Positions 40,922-51,128 of a DNA stretch of 64,000 nt are shown one piece after another. Source of the stretch: Clostridium sp. (lineage in GTDB: Bacteria; Bacillota; Clostridia; Clostridiales; Clostridiaceae); the NCBI GenBank assembly GCA_047624165.1, contig JBLHPD010000002.1:732-64731 (forward strand), read 5' to 3'. Under the pieces are notes generated by a model. It ran no database searches. It saw nothing but the letters and a program-made list of their open reading frames with translations, and was not told the origin of the DNA. How positions within the stretch are numbered: the stretch's first letter is position 1; each line of letters opens with the position of its first letter. The position numbers and the translations under genes were made by a program.

Positions 40922-40971
40922 TTGCATCGCTTTTTATCTAGGTGTATACTATAATAGTTAGCTTTCTAATT
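40922..40971 (+). promoter_or_regulatory. sigma-A promoter with downstream MarR-type palindrome
   Basis: TTGCAT-17-TATACT (40922-40950), then AGTTAG-CTTT-CTAATT. Confidence 0.5.
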
Positions 40972-41008
40972 GTTATAATTATAATCAAAATAAAAGGAGG
41001 GAATAAAC

Positions 41009-41425
41009 ATGAACCATGAGCTTCATTACATAGTACGGATTTGTCACACCCTTTGTAACAAAAAAATCTTGCAACAAACAAGTACCTTAGGATTGTCACC
41101 GGGTCAACCAAAAATTTTGGAATTTCTAGAATATAACAATGGTTGCGAGCAAAAAGAAATTGCCAAAGCTTGTGAGATCGAACCAGCCACGGTCACTAAT
41201 TTATTAGCCAGAATGGAGAAGGTTCACCTGATTGAACGAAAACAGCTAAATGGAAATCGACGTTCCTTACATGTGTTTTTAACAACGGAAGGAGAAAGAG
41301 TGACCCAAAAGGTCTTGAAAATTTTTGATGAAGTAAGAAAGAAAGCTTTTGAAGGTTTTACGGTGGAGGAACAGGAAGGGACGTTTCATCTACTAACAAA
41401 GATGGTTGATAATTTATCTAATTAG
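41009..41425 (+). CDS. MarR family transcriptional regulator
   Basis: GLSPGQPKILEFL, QKEIA...IEPATVT.LL.RME...LIER....NRRS. Confidence 0.92.
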   Translation: MNHELHYIVRICHTLCNKKILQQTSTLGLSPGQPKILEFLEYNNGCEQKEIAKACEIEPATVTNLLARMEKVHLIERKQLNGNRRSLHVFLTTEGERVTQKVLKIFDEVRKKAFEGFTVEEQEGTFHLLTKMVDNLSN

Positions 41426-41467
41426 AAACAGAACAATGAAAAAAGTGAAGGAGAGTGAAACTTTAGA

Positions 41468-42769
41468 ATGTCAATTCGGGAGTTAGTAAAACGTTATTTA
41501 TTTTTAATTTTAGGGTTATTCATGATGGCGGTCGGTGTTGTGTTATCCACACGATCCAATTTAGGAACGTCTCCTATTTCATGTGTGCCATATGTGTTGA
41601 GTTTGGGATTGTCTATGACAATCGGACAATTTACTTTTTTAATGAACTTATTATTTATTGCTTTTCAAATTTTATTATTAAGAAAACAATTCAAGCCAAT
41701 TCAGCTACTTCAAGTGGGGGTAGCTTTTATATTTGCCTATTTTACCGATTTTACTATGGGATTGTTATCATGGATAAGTGTAACCGGTTATCCTGCTCAA
41801 ATAGGAATATTTATACTTAGTTGTTTAATTCTTGCTATTGGAGTCAGTATGGAGGTGACTGCTGATGTTGTATTGATGGCTGGTGAAGGAGTAGTTAGTG
41901 CTATATCAATAGTTACGAAGAAGGAATTTGGGAAATTAAAAGTAGCATTTGATGTTACACTTGTAATTTGTGGCTTTCTTTTTTCGTATATTATGTTTCA
42001 TCGACTAAATGGAATAAGAGAAGGAACAATCTTAGCTGCTTTATTAGTTGGAACCCTAGTTCGTTTAATGAACAAGAGTTTGAGTTTTATGGATGCTGTA
42101 TTTAAGGGGAAATCGATAACCGTGAATACGAGTCAAGTTTTAACAACTGCTCAAGAAACTCATCCACTAGTAGTAACAATTAGTCGTGAATATGGTAGTG
42201 GAGGGCTTGCTATTGGTAAAAAAATAGCAGCCGATTTAGGTCTTTCTTTCTACAATACTCAATTATTAAAAGTAGCTGCCGAAGAAACAGGACTTTCTGA
42301 AAAATTTATTGCAGAAAATGATCAATTTGTTCCGAATTTGTTGTTAAATCAGTTATTATCTCAAGGATATGCTTTTTCTAAAAAGGAGATGGATCCTCTA
42401 AATGCTATCCATGAATCAGAAAAGAGAACTATAATGAAGCTTGCTAATACAGAATCTTGTGTGATTATGGAACATTGTTCCGATTCCATTTTAGCTGATT
42501 TTCCAGGCTGTTTCCATGTGTTTATTCATGCAGATAAAGCAAGTAGAATGAAGCGTATTGAATATGAATATGGAATATCAGAGAAAAATGTCGAAGAAAC
42601 GCTACACAAAACTGATAGGTCAAGAGAAACTTATTATCAAATCTATGCGGAACGTAAATGGGGACGTATTAAGAACTATGATTTGACGGTTAATAGTGCG
42701 GTCTTTGGACTAGAGAAAACAACTGAATTAATCGAAGAAGCCATTAAAGCAAAAGAGGCACTTAGGTAA
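41468..42769 (+). CDS. YczE/YitT-like membrane protein fused to a cytidylate-kinase-like domain
   Basis: LGTSPISCVPY, GIREGT (membrane part); ISREYGSGG..IG..IA..LG, YDLTVNS (Cytidylate_kin2-like). Confidence 0.85.
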   Translation: MSIRELVKRYLFLILGLFMMAVGVVLSTRSNLGTSPISCVPYVLSLGLSMTIGQFTFLMNLLFIAFQILLLRKQFKPIQLLQVGVAFIFAYFTDFTMGLLSWISVTGYPAQIGIFILSCLILAIGVSMEVTADVVLMAGEGVVSAISIVTKKEFGKLKVAFDVTLVICGFLFSYIMFHRLNGIREGTILAALLVGTLVRLMNKSLSFMDAVFKGKSITVNTSQVLTTAQETHPLVVTISREYGSGGLAIGKKIAADLGLSFYNTQLLKVAAEETGLSEKFIAENDQFVPNLLLNQLLSQGYAFSKKEMDPLNAIHESEKRTIMKLANTESCVIMEHCSDSILADFPGCFHVFIHADKASRMKRIEYEYGISEKNVEETLHKTDRSRETYYQIYAERKWGRIKNYDLTVNSAVFGLEKTTELIEEAIKAKEALR

Positions 42770-42792
42770 TCTATCTATTGTTCAGGCAATAC

Positions 42793-42820
42793 AGAAAGCT
42801 CATAAAAATATGAGCTTTCT
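42793..42820. terminator. Hairpin between convergent genes (probable terminator)
   Basis: AGAAAGCTCATA / TATGAGCTTTCT. Confidence 0.65.
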
Positions 42821-42824
42821 CATT

Positions 42825-44042
42825 CTAATTATCAAATCTATCCACTTTAAATAACTTTAAATCTTCATTTTCTATGCCTAAATATAAATCACTTAGCATC
42901 ATTCCGCCTAGTATTGCAAATAATATACCGTTAGCTCCATAACCTAAGCAAAACCATAGCTTATTATTATTTGGGTCCGGTCCCAAGAATCCTAAATTAT
43001 CTTTAGTTGATGCAAAAGCACCACAATATTTATATTCCACTTCTATATCTTTAATATTTTTAAACATAGCTTTTAATCTTTGCTCTAATATAGCGTATTT
43101 CCCTTTAGCAGCTTTTTCATTAAATATGTCTGGTACAAAAGTTATATCTTCTCCACCTATTATTAATCTGTTATCTTCAGTAGTTCTTAAATAGTTATAT
43201 GGATCATCATTATCTCTAATAAGCACTCGATTGTGCCATCCAGAAAAATTACTAATAGGTTTTGTGGCTATATTAAAAGTAGTAGTTTTAGTTCCAAAAT
43301 TTCTTTTACTAAATAATTCTGTATTATATCCAGTAGCTACTATAACTATTGTGCCTTTTACTTTATAACCATAAGAAGTCTCTACTAGTACTCCATTATT
43401 TTCGTAATTTACTTTTACAACTTCTGTATTCTCATAAACTCTAAGTCCTTTACTTAAACAAACTTCCAATAGCTGGTGAGTATATTTATATGGATCAAAT
43501 TGTGCCCCACCATTATTACAATAAACACCAGCTTTTAAATCAAAACTAAAGGGATTGTTACCCTCATCTATGAAATCTACATCAAATCCATTTTCTTTTC
43601 TGTTCCTATACTCATCGCGAATTTCTGATATTTCTAATTTTTTAGAAGTATATAATAATGTGTCTTTCTTTCTGTAATCACATTTATTCCCATACTCATT
43701 TATAAAACTATCAATTTCATCTAAAGCTTTAAGACCTAATTTATAGGATCTTATAGCATTTTTCATGGTGGTAGCTTCCATTAATTTAATGAGATTGTCA
43801 TCAAGTTCGTACTGAAGTAAGGAAGTTGTAACACCTGTACTACAATAACCTATTCTATGTTTTTCTAAAATTACACTGTTGATATTATGTTTAGAAAAAT
43901 AGTATCCTAAAATACTACCTGTAACTCCACCGCCTACAATTATTACATCTGTATCTATATCTTCTGTTAAATAGCTATACTGCTTTGGTACTTTATTTGT
44001 ATTTGTAAACATAGGCTCACCTTGAACATATTGCAAATTCAT
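42825..44042 (-). CDS. FAD-dependent oxidoreductase (DAO/PuuB-like)
   Basis: VGGGVTG, STGVTTSLLQYE, ATGY, LGYGANG. Confidence 0.88.
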   Translation of the reverse strand: MNLQYVQGEPMFTNTNKVPKQYSYLTEDIDTDVIIVGGGVTGSILGYYFSKHNINSVILEKHRIGYCSTGVTTSLLQYELDDNLIKLMEATTMKNAIRSYKLGLKALDEIDSFINEYGNKCDYRKKDTLLYTSKKLEISEIRDEYRNRKENGFDVDFIDEGNNPFSFDLKAGVYCNNGGAQFDPYKYTHQLLEVCLSKGLRVYENTEVVKVNYENNGVLVETSYGYKVKGTIVIVATGYNTELFSKRNFGTKTTTFNIATKPISNFSGWHNRVLIRDNDDPYNYLRTTEDNRLIIGGEDITFVPDIFNEKAAKGKYAILEQRLKAMFKNIKDIEVEYKYCGAFASTKDNLGFLGPDPNNNKLWFCLGYGANGILFAILGGMMLSDLYLGIENEDLKLFKVDRFDN

Positions 44043-44200
44043 TTTCTCCCACCTAACTAATTATTAATTGTTCATCTCTTAGTATTTAAAACTAACTCCA
44101 TGTATAAACTTTAACTATAGTGTTTCTTAATTAGTGTAACTATATACTTGGATTAACTTTTAAATCTTAAAAGATTAAATAATATATAAAATAGGATATG

Positions 44201-44239
44201 TATAAAGACAGAGCAAGTAGTGATTGCTCTGTCTTTATA
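44201..44239 (-). terminator. Terminator of the nitroreductase gene
   Basis: TATAAAGACAGAGCAA / TTGCTCTGTCTTTATA. Confidence 0.7.
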
Positions 44240-44253
44240 AGTGCTACTAAATT

Positions 44254-44994
44254 TTATTTTTCATTTTTAAATCCTTGCTTTTTAAGTGATGGATAAACCT
44301 TTGGGAAATATACATATTGATATGCGCTCATAGTTTGGTTACTCCAGTCAATTTCTTGATCTCTGCCTATATGTTTTAGATGAACACTTAGGTCTTCATC
44401 ATATTTTTCTATTATTGCAGGTAATTTTTCTTTGTTATATACTTCATCATGTCTATAGGATTCTCTTGGCATCCTAGGTTTTATCGCTGAATTATCAGCA
44501 GGATATCCTAATGATAAGCCAACTATAGGATAAGTATACTCTGGCAATTGTAGAAGATCTATAATTTCATCCGGACTTTTTCTAATTCCACCAATAGGTA
44601 CAATACCAAGCCCTAAAGACTCAGCAGCCGTTATAACATTCTGCATAGAAAGTCCCGCATCTACAGATGCTACCATAATAGATTCTACACTGTCTGTAAT
44701 TATTAAAGGTTTATTAACATTTTGAGAAGCTAGTTTTGCTTTATAAAAATCAGCTACGAATAGAAAAAACACTGGTGCCTGCGCAATCCAAGGCTGGCCA
44801 CCAGCAAGTTCAGCAAGTTTAGCTCTTTTCTCCTTATCCCTAACTACGATAACACTAGTTTGTTGACCGTTTATAGAACTTGGTGCAGCTTGTGCTACAT
44901 CGATTAGCTCATTTAACATATCTTCCGAAATTTCTTTATTTACAAAACTTCTAATTGATCTGTGATTTTTCATTACTTCTATTACTTTATTCAT
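44254..44994 (-). CDS. nfsA: NADPH-dependent nitro/flavin reductase (NfsA/NfrA type)
   Basis: HRSIRSF, AAPSSINGQ, QPWIAQAP, AESLGLGIVPIGGIR, KPRMP. Confidence 0.88.
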   Translation of the reverse strand: MNKVIEVMKNHRSIRSFVNKEISEDMLNELIDVAQAAPSSINGQQTSVIVVRDKEKRAKLAELAGGQPWIAQAPVFFLFVADFYKAKLASQNVNKPLIITDSVESIMVASVDAGLSMQNVITAAESLGLGIVPIGGIRKSPDEIIDLLQLPEYTYPIVGLSLGYPADNSAIKPRMPRESYRHDEVYNKEKLPAIIEKYDEDLSVHLKHIGRDQEIDWSNQTMSAYQYVYFPKVYPSLKKQGFKNEK

Positions 44995-45362
44995 ATGAAT
45001 TTCCCCTTTAATTTATATTATTAATATTGTTGTTCTAAAATAATAACTATTAATTAATTATAATAGTTAATAACTAATTATAATTTTACCACTCTTCAAG
45101 TTTTTGTCAATGAATTTTTTAGAGCAAACACATATACTTTTTATGGGTCAATTTAGTTTTTTGTATAGCAAAAACAACCAGTTATATTCAAACTTTTATG
45201 ATTTTTATTTGTAATTGCAAAAGTTTATTTCATAGAGAAATCTAGGGGGTAGGCTTTCTTTAATTGAGTGGAATAATTAAATGGTATTGTTTACAACAAA
45301 AATATTATTAATAGAGGTAATTGGAAATTAATATAGAAATATAATTTGAGGGAAACTATTAA

Positions 45363-45431
45363 AGTTATTTATCTGATAATCCAATTACAGATCTAAGTAC
45401 TTTAAAAAATATGACTAATTTAGAAGATTAT
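45363..45431 (+). pseudogene. Single leucine-rich-repeat shard (internalin-type)
   Basis: SYLSDNPITDLSTLKNMTNLEDY fits L..N.I.DLS.L..L.NL; bounded by stops. Confidence 0.5.
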
Positions 45432-45557
45432 CCAGTTTATTGTTTCTGAATCTGTGTTTAATTAGGGTTTAATCGAGGTAGTTTGTATGAATAATATTAT
45501 TTTATTGATTATGATATGATATTTGATTTTAATGAAAAGGAGGTTAAGGTTAAAATT

Positions 45558-46973
45558 ATGGATAAAAGTAATAAAAGTGTACTAGATTATGTTGATTCGA
45601 TGATGGTCGTTGATAAAAACTTAAAGGTGCTACATACAAACAGATTTAATCCGAGGTTTCATAATGGGTTAATGAATAATGAATATATAGAGTATATTAA
45701 CAAAAGTTATTTTGAAGTATATCCTGAACTTGATCCTAAAGAAAGTACGATGGTAGAGTGCATTAAAAACGGGAAAATATTAATTCGAGAAAATCAAGTA
45801 TTTTCTGACCTTTCGGGTAAGGTATATCATACAAAAAACATTACATATCCAATCATTCGATGTGGTGAAATTGTTGGAGCAATAGAACTGTCTCAAGATA
45901 TAACCTCTATTGGTGACCTAAATCCTTTGGTTAAAGAGGAGTTGTCTAAGACAAAAATACAGAAGAAGAAAAAAACAGTTAGTGACACTATTTCATTTGA
46001 AAGTATTATTACAAACAATGAGGAAATGATTGAAAATATAAGAAGAGCAAAAATTTATGCATTGAAAGACAATCCTGTATTAATTTATGGAGAGACAGGT
46101 ACTGGTAAAGAAATGTATGTTCAAGCTATGGTAAATAATGATATTATTCGTAATAATAAATTTATTGCTCAAAATTGCGCATCAATCCCAGAAACATTAT
46201 TTGAATCAATATTATTTGGATCATGCAAAGGTGCTTTCACGGGTGCTGAAAATAAAATGGGATTATTTGAAATGGCAAACGGAGGTGTACTTTTCCTAGA
46301 TGAACTTAATTCAATTCCGATGCATTTACAGGCAAAGCTTTTACGAGTTTTACAAGATGGAAAAGTGAGGCCAGTTGGTAGTACGGTCGAAAAAGAAGTA
46401 GATGTTAAAGTAATCGTTGCAATAAACAAAAATCCCATACAATTGATAAAAGAAAATCTATTAAGAGAAGATTTATTCTATCGTTTAAGTAGTAATACTC
46501 TCCATCTTGTAGCATTGCGTGATAGAAAAGAAGACATTCCACTATATATAGATTATTTTATCAAACAATTTAATGAAGTATGTAATAAGAACATTTATAA
46601 ATTATCTACCAACTTAAAAAACATACTTGTCAATTATAATTGGCCAGGTAATGTTAGGGAATTAAGACATATAATCGAATCAATGGTCAATATTTCACAG
46701 GAAGAAGTATTAACTACCAAAAATCTTCCTGTCTATTTAAAAGAAGTTATTAATACTAACTGTGGCTCAATAGAAAATATGTTGAAAAAGGAAGATTCTA
46801 TACAACTCAAAACATCTCTAAAGGAATTGATGAATAAGACAGAAAGAGAGCACATAGTACGAGCTCTAATTTTTTGTAATGGAAATATATCGCGTGCTGC
46901 TGAATTGCTTGAATTACCAAGGCAAACTCTTAAGTATAGGATAGATAAACTGAAGATTGATACTTTTAGATAA
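45558..46973 (+). CDS. sigma54-dependent activator (PAS-AAA+-HTH, RocR-like)
   Basis: GETGTGKE, ESILFG..KGAFTGA, LFLDE, REDLFYRL, WPGNVREL, Fis-type HTH; start may be 45516. Confidence 0.95.
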   Translation: MDKSNKSVLDYVDSMMVVDKNLKVLHTNRFNPRFHNGLMNNEYIEYINKSYFEVYPELDPKESTMVECIKNGKILIRENQVFSDLSGKVYHTKNITYPIIRCGEIVGAIELSQDITSIGDLNPLVKEELSKTKIQKKKKTVSDTISFESIITNNEEMIENIRRAKIYALKDNPVLIYGETGTGKEMYVQAMVNNDIIRNNKFIAQNCASIPETLFESILFGSCKGAFTGAENKMGLFEMANGGVLFLDELNSIPMHLQAKLLRVLQDGKVRPVGSTVEKEVDVKVIVAINKNPIQLIKENLLREDLFYRLSSNTLHLVALRDRKEDIPLYIDYFIKQFNEVCNKNIYKLSTNLKNILVNYNWPGNVRELRHIIESMVNISQEEVLTTKNLPVYLKEVINTNCGSIENMLKKEDSIQLKTSLKELMNKTEREHIVRALIFCNGNISRAAELLELPRQTLKYRIDKLKIDTFR

Positions 46974-46997
46974 ATAATAGGCGAAATTCCGTCATTG

Positions 46998-47037
46998 AAA
47001 ACAAGAAAATGCCTAAACATTGGCGTTTTCTTGTTTT
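46998..47037 (+). terminator. Terminator of the activator gene; may overlap activator binding sites
   Basis: AAAACAAGAAAATGCC / GGCGTTTTCTTGTTTT. Confidence 0.7.
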
Positions 47038-47138
47038 ATTTTTATGGAAACTATATATATATATGGCATTTATTTTTTGATTTTAGATATTGTTTTATCA
47101 ATTGTAGTATTTTCAATGCTTCAAAGAACAAATTTTGT

Positions 47139-47154
47139 TGGCACCATTATTGCT
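47139..47154 (+). promoter_or_regulatory. sigma54 (-24/-12) promoter
   Basis: TGGCAC-CATTA-TTGCT, consensus spacing. Confidence 0.88.
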
Positions 47155-47284
47155 ACCATATCAAAGTAGGTATAATAGTAGAATTTCATAATAGATTCTA
47201 TGTGAGAGAGTTAAAAAAAGTAAATGGGATTCTTATGAATTTGCTACATAATGATGCAATAAATTAATTGAGGAGGATTACAAT

Positions 47285-48361
47285 ATGAAAAAGAAAATGA
47301 AAATTGCTATTCTAGGTTCAGGTAATGGAGCATGTGCAGCAGCAGCAGATTGGTCCCTTGGTGGGCATGAAGTAAGAATGTTTGATTTTGAACAATTTCC
47401 AAAAATCATTGAAGCAATTAATAAAAATGGTGGATTAACTATAGAGGGAGAATTAAGCGGATTTGCGCCAATAGTATATTGTGGACATTCAATTGAAAAG
47501 GCTGTTATTGATGCGGATATGATACTGGCTATAGGACCTTCATATAGTACAGAACCTTTTGCGAAGGTTGTTAAAGACTATATTACTCCTAATCAGATTT
47601 ATGTTGTGTGCCCTGGATCTTTTGGTGGTGCATTAATTACAAAAAAAATATTTATGAGTACTAAAAATGCATCTGCTTGCACTATTTGTGAAACATCCAC
47701 TTTACCTTATGCTGCAAGAATAATTGAACCGGGAGTGGTGAAAGTTTTTCTTAAATTAAAAGGAGGACTATTCTTATCAACTATTCCAAAGGAGCAAGGA
47801 GATAATGCTATCGAAGCTTTCAGAACTATTTATCCTCATACACAAAAAGCAAAAAATGTAATGCAGACAATGCTACAAAATTCTAATCCAGTAATCCACC
47901 CATCGGTGATGCTGCTGAATGCAGGTGCGGTTGAACGTAAAGGTGGGCTATTATTCTACGAAGAGGGTGTTACTCCAGCAGTAGGTAAACTTATTAAAGC
48001 TGTTGATGCGGAGAGAATTATGATTGCAGAAAAGCTTGGTGTGAAAATTATTCCAGATGGAGAACTAGGAGTGCTACAAGGATATATGACTGATTCATCA
48101 TACGAATATGGTTATGCAAGCGCTCCGGGATTTAAAGGTATAACAGCACCAGATACATTAAATAATAGATATTTAACTGAAGATGTAGGCTATGGGCTAG
48201 TATTTATGTCCGATTTAGCTGAAAAGCTAGGGTTAACTGTTCCAATGATTCATTCAGTTATTAATATTGCTTCAAAATTAATGGAGACAGATTATAATAA
48301 AGAATCTATAAGAACTGTGGACACTCTAGGATTTAGTATTGAAGAAATTCTTGAAGCATAG
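47285..48361 (+). CDS. NAD/NADP octopine/nopaline (opine) dehydrogenase family protein
   Basis: GSGNGA Rossmann motif, ETSTLPYAAR, NSNPVIHP...LLN, FYEEG, D.ER, RYLTEDVGYGL. Confidence 0.9.
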   Translation: MKKKMKIAILGSGNGACAAAADWSLGGHEVRMFDFEQFPKIIEAINKNGGLTIEGELSGFAPIVYCGHSIEKAVIDADMILAIGPSYSTEPFAKVVKDYITPNQIYVVCPGSFGGALITKKIFMSTKNASACTICETSTLPYAARIIEPGVVKVFLKLKGGLFLSTIPKEQGDNAIEAFRTIYPHTQKAKNVMQTMLQNSNPVIHPSVMLLNAGAVERKGGLLFYEEGVTPAVGKLIKAVDAERIMIAEKLGVKIIPDGELGVLQGYMTDSSYEYGYASAPGFKGITAPDTLNNRYLTEDVGYGLVFMSDLAEKLGLTVPMIHSVINIASKLMETDYNKESIRTVDTLGFSIEEILEA

Positions 48362-48418
48362 AAACTTCATATAGATATCTTAAAATTAAGTTTTTATAAT
48401 TATAAAGGGGGAAATATT

Positions 48419-49834
48419 ATGGATCCGGCAGTAAACTTTGGTATTTTATCACTATTACCTGCTTTGGTAGCAGTAGTTCTTGCATTTATTACGAGGGAGG
48501 CTATATTTTCACTGCTTATAGGCGTCTTAGTTGGAATACTAGTAACTGGTCAAAATGTACTATTCGGATTTTCTGGACTACTACAAAATGCACTAGGGAA
48601 TGCTGACTTTATTTGGGTAATCAGTATTGAAGTATTCGTAGGTGTTATGATTGCATTTTTTCAAAAATCAGGGGCAATCGATTCTTTTTCAAGAATACTT
48701 GATAAAAGAAATATAAATGCAAAAGGGGCACAAATATTAGCTTGGTTACTAGGAATATTTTTATTCTTTAGTGATTATTTCAGTCCTTTATATACTGGAA
48801 CAGTTATGAGAAATATAACAGATAAGGCTAGAGTTTCTAGAGAAAAGCTTGCTTATATATGTGACTCAACCGCTGCGCCTGTTTGTACTATTATACCTTT
48901 CTCTTCTTGGGGTGTTTACATGGCAGGACTACTTGTTGCATCTGGGGCTTTCACAGATAAGAACCTTGCAATGAATGCAATAGTAAAAATGGTGCCATAC
49001 AATTTTTATGGCATAGTTTCTGTATTAATGGTTGGACTTATAGCAATGAAGATTATACCTGACTTTGGACCAATGAAAGCGGCTGAAAAAAGAACAATGG
49101 AAACTGGAAAGGTTATGTGGGATACTGCAAAACCTTTACTTGGTAAGGAGTTAACTGATATACAACCAAAAGAAGGAATAAAATCAAATCTATTTTTGAA
49201 TTTCTTTGCACCAGCTATAATAGTAATTGTAGTAACTTTGGGAACTTATTTGACAATTGGATCTGCAAAGACATTGGAGGGTTTCATGTGTGCTGTAGCG
49301 TTCCAATTTGTAGTAATGATTTTTCAAAAGATGGGTACAGTTATTGAGCTTATGGAAGCAGCAGTAAACGGTGTAAAGGGAGTTATGGTTGCAATGTTAA
49401 TACTTGCTTTGGCATATTCTCTTAACACTATAAGCAAAGAGCTAGGAACAGCTCAATATGTAATATCTATAACACAAACATGGATGACACCGACTTTACT
49501 TTTAGTATTTACATTCTTAATTTGTGCATTTATAGCTTTCTTCACAGGCACATCTTGGGGAACATATGCAATTATGACACCAATAGCAATTCCGCTAGTT
49601 CTTCAATTGACTGGGGGAGTTACAGATACAGCACTTTTTTATGCGACGATTGCAGCTGTTATGGGTGGAGGTTGCTTCGGCGATCACTGTTCACCACTAT
49701 CTGATACTACAATACTATCATCCCTTGCAGCAGGATCTGACCATATAGATCATGTTAAGACACAAGTGCCATATGCAGTAACAGTTGCTGTTGTATCAGC
49801 AATATTATATCTTGTACTTGGAATTGTTTTGTAA
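48419..49834 (+). CDS. NhaC-family transporter (probable amino-acid-derivative importer)
   Basis: FFSDY, SREKLAYICDSTAAP, TGTSWGT, GDHCSPLSDTTILSS, DHVKTQ.PY. Confidence 0.9.
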   Translation: MDPAVNFGILSLLPALVAVVLAFITREAIFSLLIGVLVGILVTGQNVLFGFSGLLQNALGNADFIWVISIEVFVGVMIAFFQKSGAIDSFSRILDKRNINAKGAQILAWLLGIFLFFSDYFSPLYTGTVMRNITDKARVSREKLAYICDSTAAPVCTIIPFSSWGVYMAGLLVASGAFTDKNLAMNAIVKMVPYNFYGIVSVLMVGLIAMKIIPDFGPMKAAEKRTMETGKVMWDTAKPLLGKELTDIQPKEGIKSNLFLNFFAPAIIVIVVTLGTYLTIGSAKTLEGFMCAVAFQFVVMIFQKMGTVIELMEAAVNGVKGVMVAMLILALAYSLNTISKELGTAQYVISITQTWMTPTLLLVFTFLICAFIAFFTGTSWGTYAIMTPIAIPLVLQLTGGVTDTALFYATIAAVMGGGCFGDHCSPLSDTTILSSLAAGSDHIDHVKTQVPYAVTVAVVSAILYLVLGIVL

Positions 49835-49908
49835 TATATAAGTTAATTATTTATGGATCTGCTTCAGTTTCTGAAGTGGATCTCAATTAAAATAAGGAGG
49901 TTAATTAT

Positions 49909-51024
49909 ATGATAATAGGTGTTCCAAAGGAAATAAAGGATTACGAACATAGAGTTGCAATAGTACCAGATGGAGTTAGTGAATTTGTAAGGAAAGGACA
50001 TAGGGTTTTCGTTGAAAGAGGAGCAGGTCTTGGAAGTGGAATAAAAGATGAAGATTATGAAAAAGCTGGAGCAACAATAACAGATAAAGAAGAATTATAT
50101 AGCAGAGCAGATATGATTTATAAGGTTAAAGAAATGTTTCCAGAAGAATATAAATATTTGAGAGAAGGACTCATAGTCTTTACTTATATACATTCTAATG
50201 CTCATAGGGAACAAACTGATGCCATGATAGCAAAGAAAATTGTAGGAATATCTTATGAGGATATAGAAGATAAAGATGGAAAGTTCCCGCTCTTGCGTCC
50301 TATGAGTGAAATAGCTGGAAAAGGCGGATTTCTAATGGCGTGTCAATATTCCCAAAAGATAAATGGCGGAAAAGGTATAATGCTTGGCAGAGTACACGGA
50401 ATAAAAACACCAGTAGTAGCTATAATAGGAGCTGGTATTTCAGGTCTTGGTGCTGCAGAATTTGCAACAGGTCTTGGAAATAAGGTTATAATTTTAGATA
50501 TAAATGTAGACAATCTTGAAAAAGCTAAGAATGTACTTCCGCCAAATGTAGAACTTCTGTATTCAAACAATAGTAATATAAGGAATGTACTAAAGGAATG
50601 TGATTTGCTTATGAACTGCATCCTATGGCCAAAATCGAGGAAGGATCATCTTGTCACTAGGGAAATGCTTAAAACTATGAAAGATGGAGCCCTTATAGTA
50701 GATGTTGCCTGCGATGATGGAGGTGCAATAGAATCATGTCATTCAACTACGCATAAGGAACCAGTGTACTTTGAACAAGGGATTATGCATTACTGTGTAG
50801 ACAATATTCCTTCTGCATTCTCAAACACTTCAACCTTTTCATTGTGTATAGCTACATTGCCGTATGCACTAGAAATTGCACAAAAGGGTTATAAGAATGC
50901 TCTTAAAGAAAACTCATACCTTAGAAAAGGGTTATCATTTTATTTCGGTGAATTGACTTTAAGTGAAACGGGACTTAAACAAAATAGACCATTCAAAGCG
51001 CCTGAAGAGGTTTTAGGCTTATAG
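49909..51024 (+). CDS. AlaDH/PNT-superfamily dehydrogenase (alanine dehydrogenase-like, with CEOS-like features)
   Basis: IGVPKEIK..E.RV, KVKE, PMSEIAG as in AlaDH; YIHSNA, NCILWPKSRKDHLV, DVACD, YCVDNIPS diverge from canonical AlaDH. Confidence 0.82.
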   Translation: MIIGVPKEIKDYEHRVAIVPDGVSEFVRKGHRVFVERGAGLGSGIKDEDYEKAGATITDKEELYSRADMIYKVKEMFPEEYKYLREGLIVFTYIHSNAHREQTDAMIAKKIVGISYEDIEDKDGKFPLLRPMSEIAGKGGFLMACQYSQKINGGKGIMLGRVHGIKTPVVAIIGAGISGLGAAEFATGLGNKVIILDINVDNLEKAKNVLPPNVELLYSNNSNIRNVLKECDLLMNCILWPKSRKDHLVTREMLKTMKDGALIVDVACDDGGAIESCHSTTHKEPVYFEQGIMHYCVDNIPSAFSNTSTFSLCIATLPYALEIAQKGYKNALKENSYLRKGLSFYFGELTLSETGLKQNRPFKAPEEVLGL

Positions 51025-51128
51025 AAAAAGGGCTGTCTTAAAATAATGCAACTAAGCATATTTACCAATATGTCTTAGTTGCATTATAATATTGAATTTA
51101 AATGATAATGGTTCTTAGGAGGGACAAA

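Noticed and set aside
45310-45420. Lysine or c-di-GMP-II riboswitch upstream of the sigma54 activator
   Set aside because: Only AGAGG/GGAAAC fragments match; the region is better explained by an LRR coding shard.
46995-47267. 90-aa ORF between the activator and opine dehydrogenase
   Set aside because: Overlaps a terminator and the sigma54 promoter; no SD; composition not protein-like.
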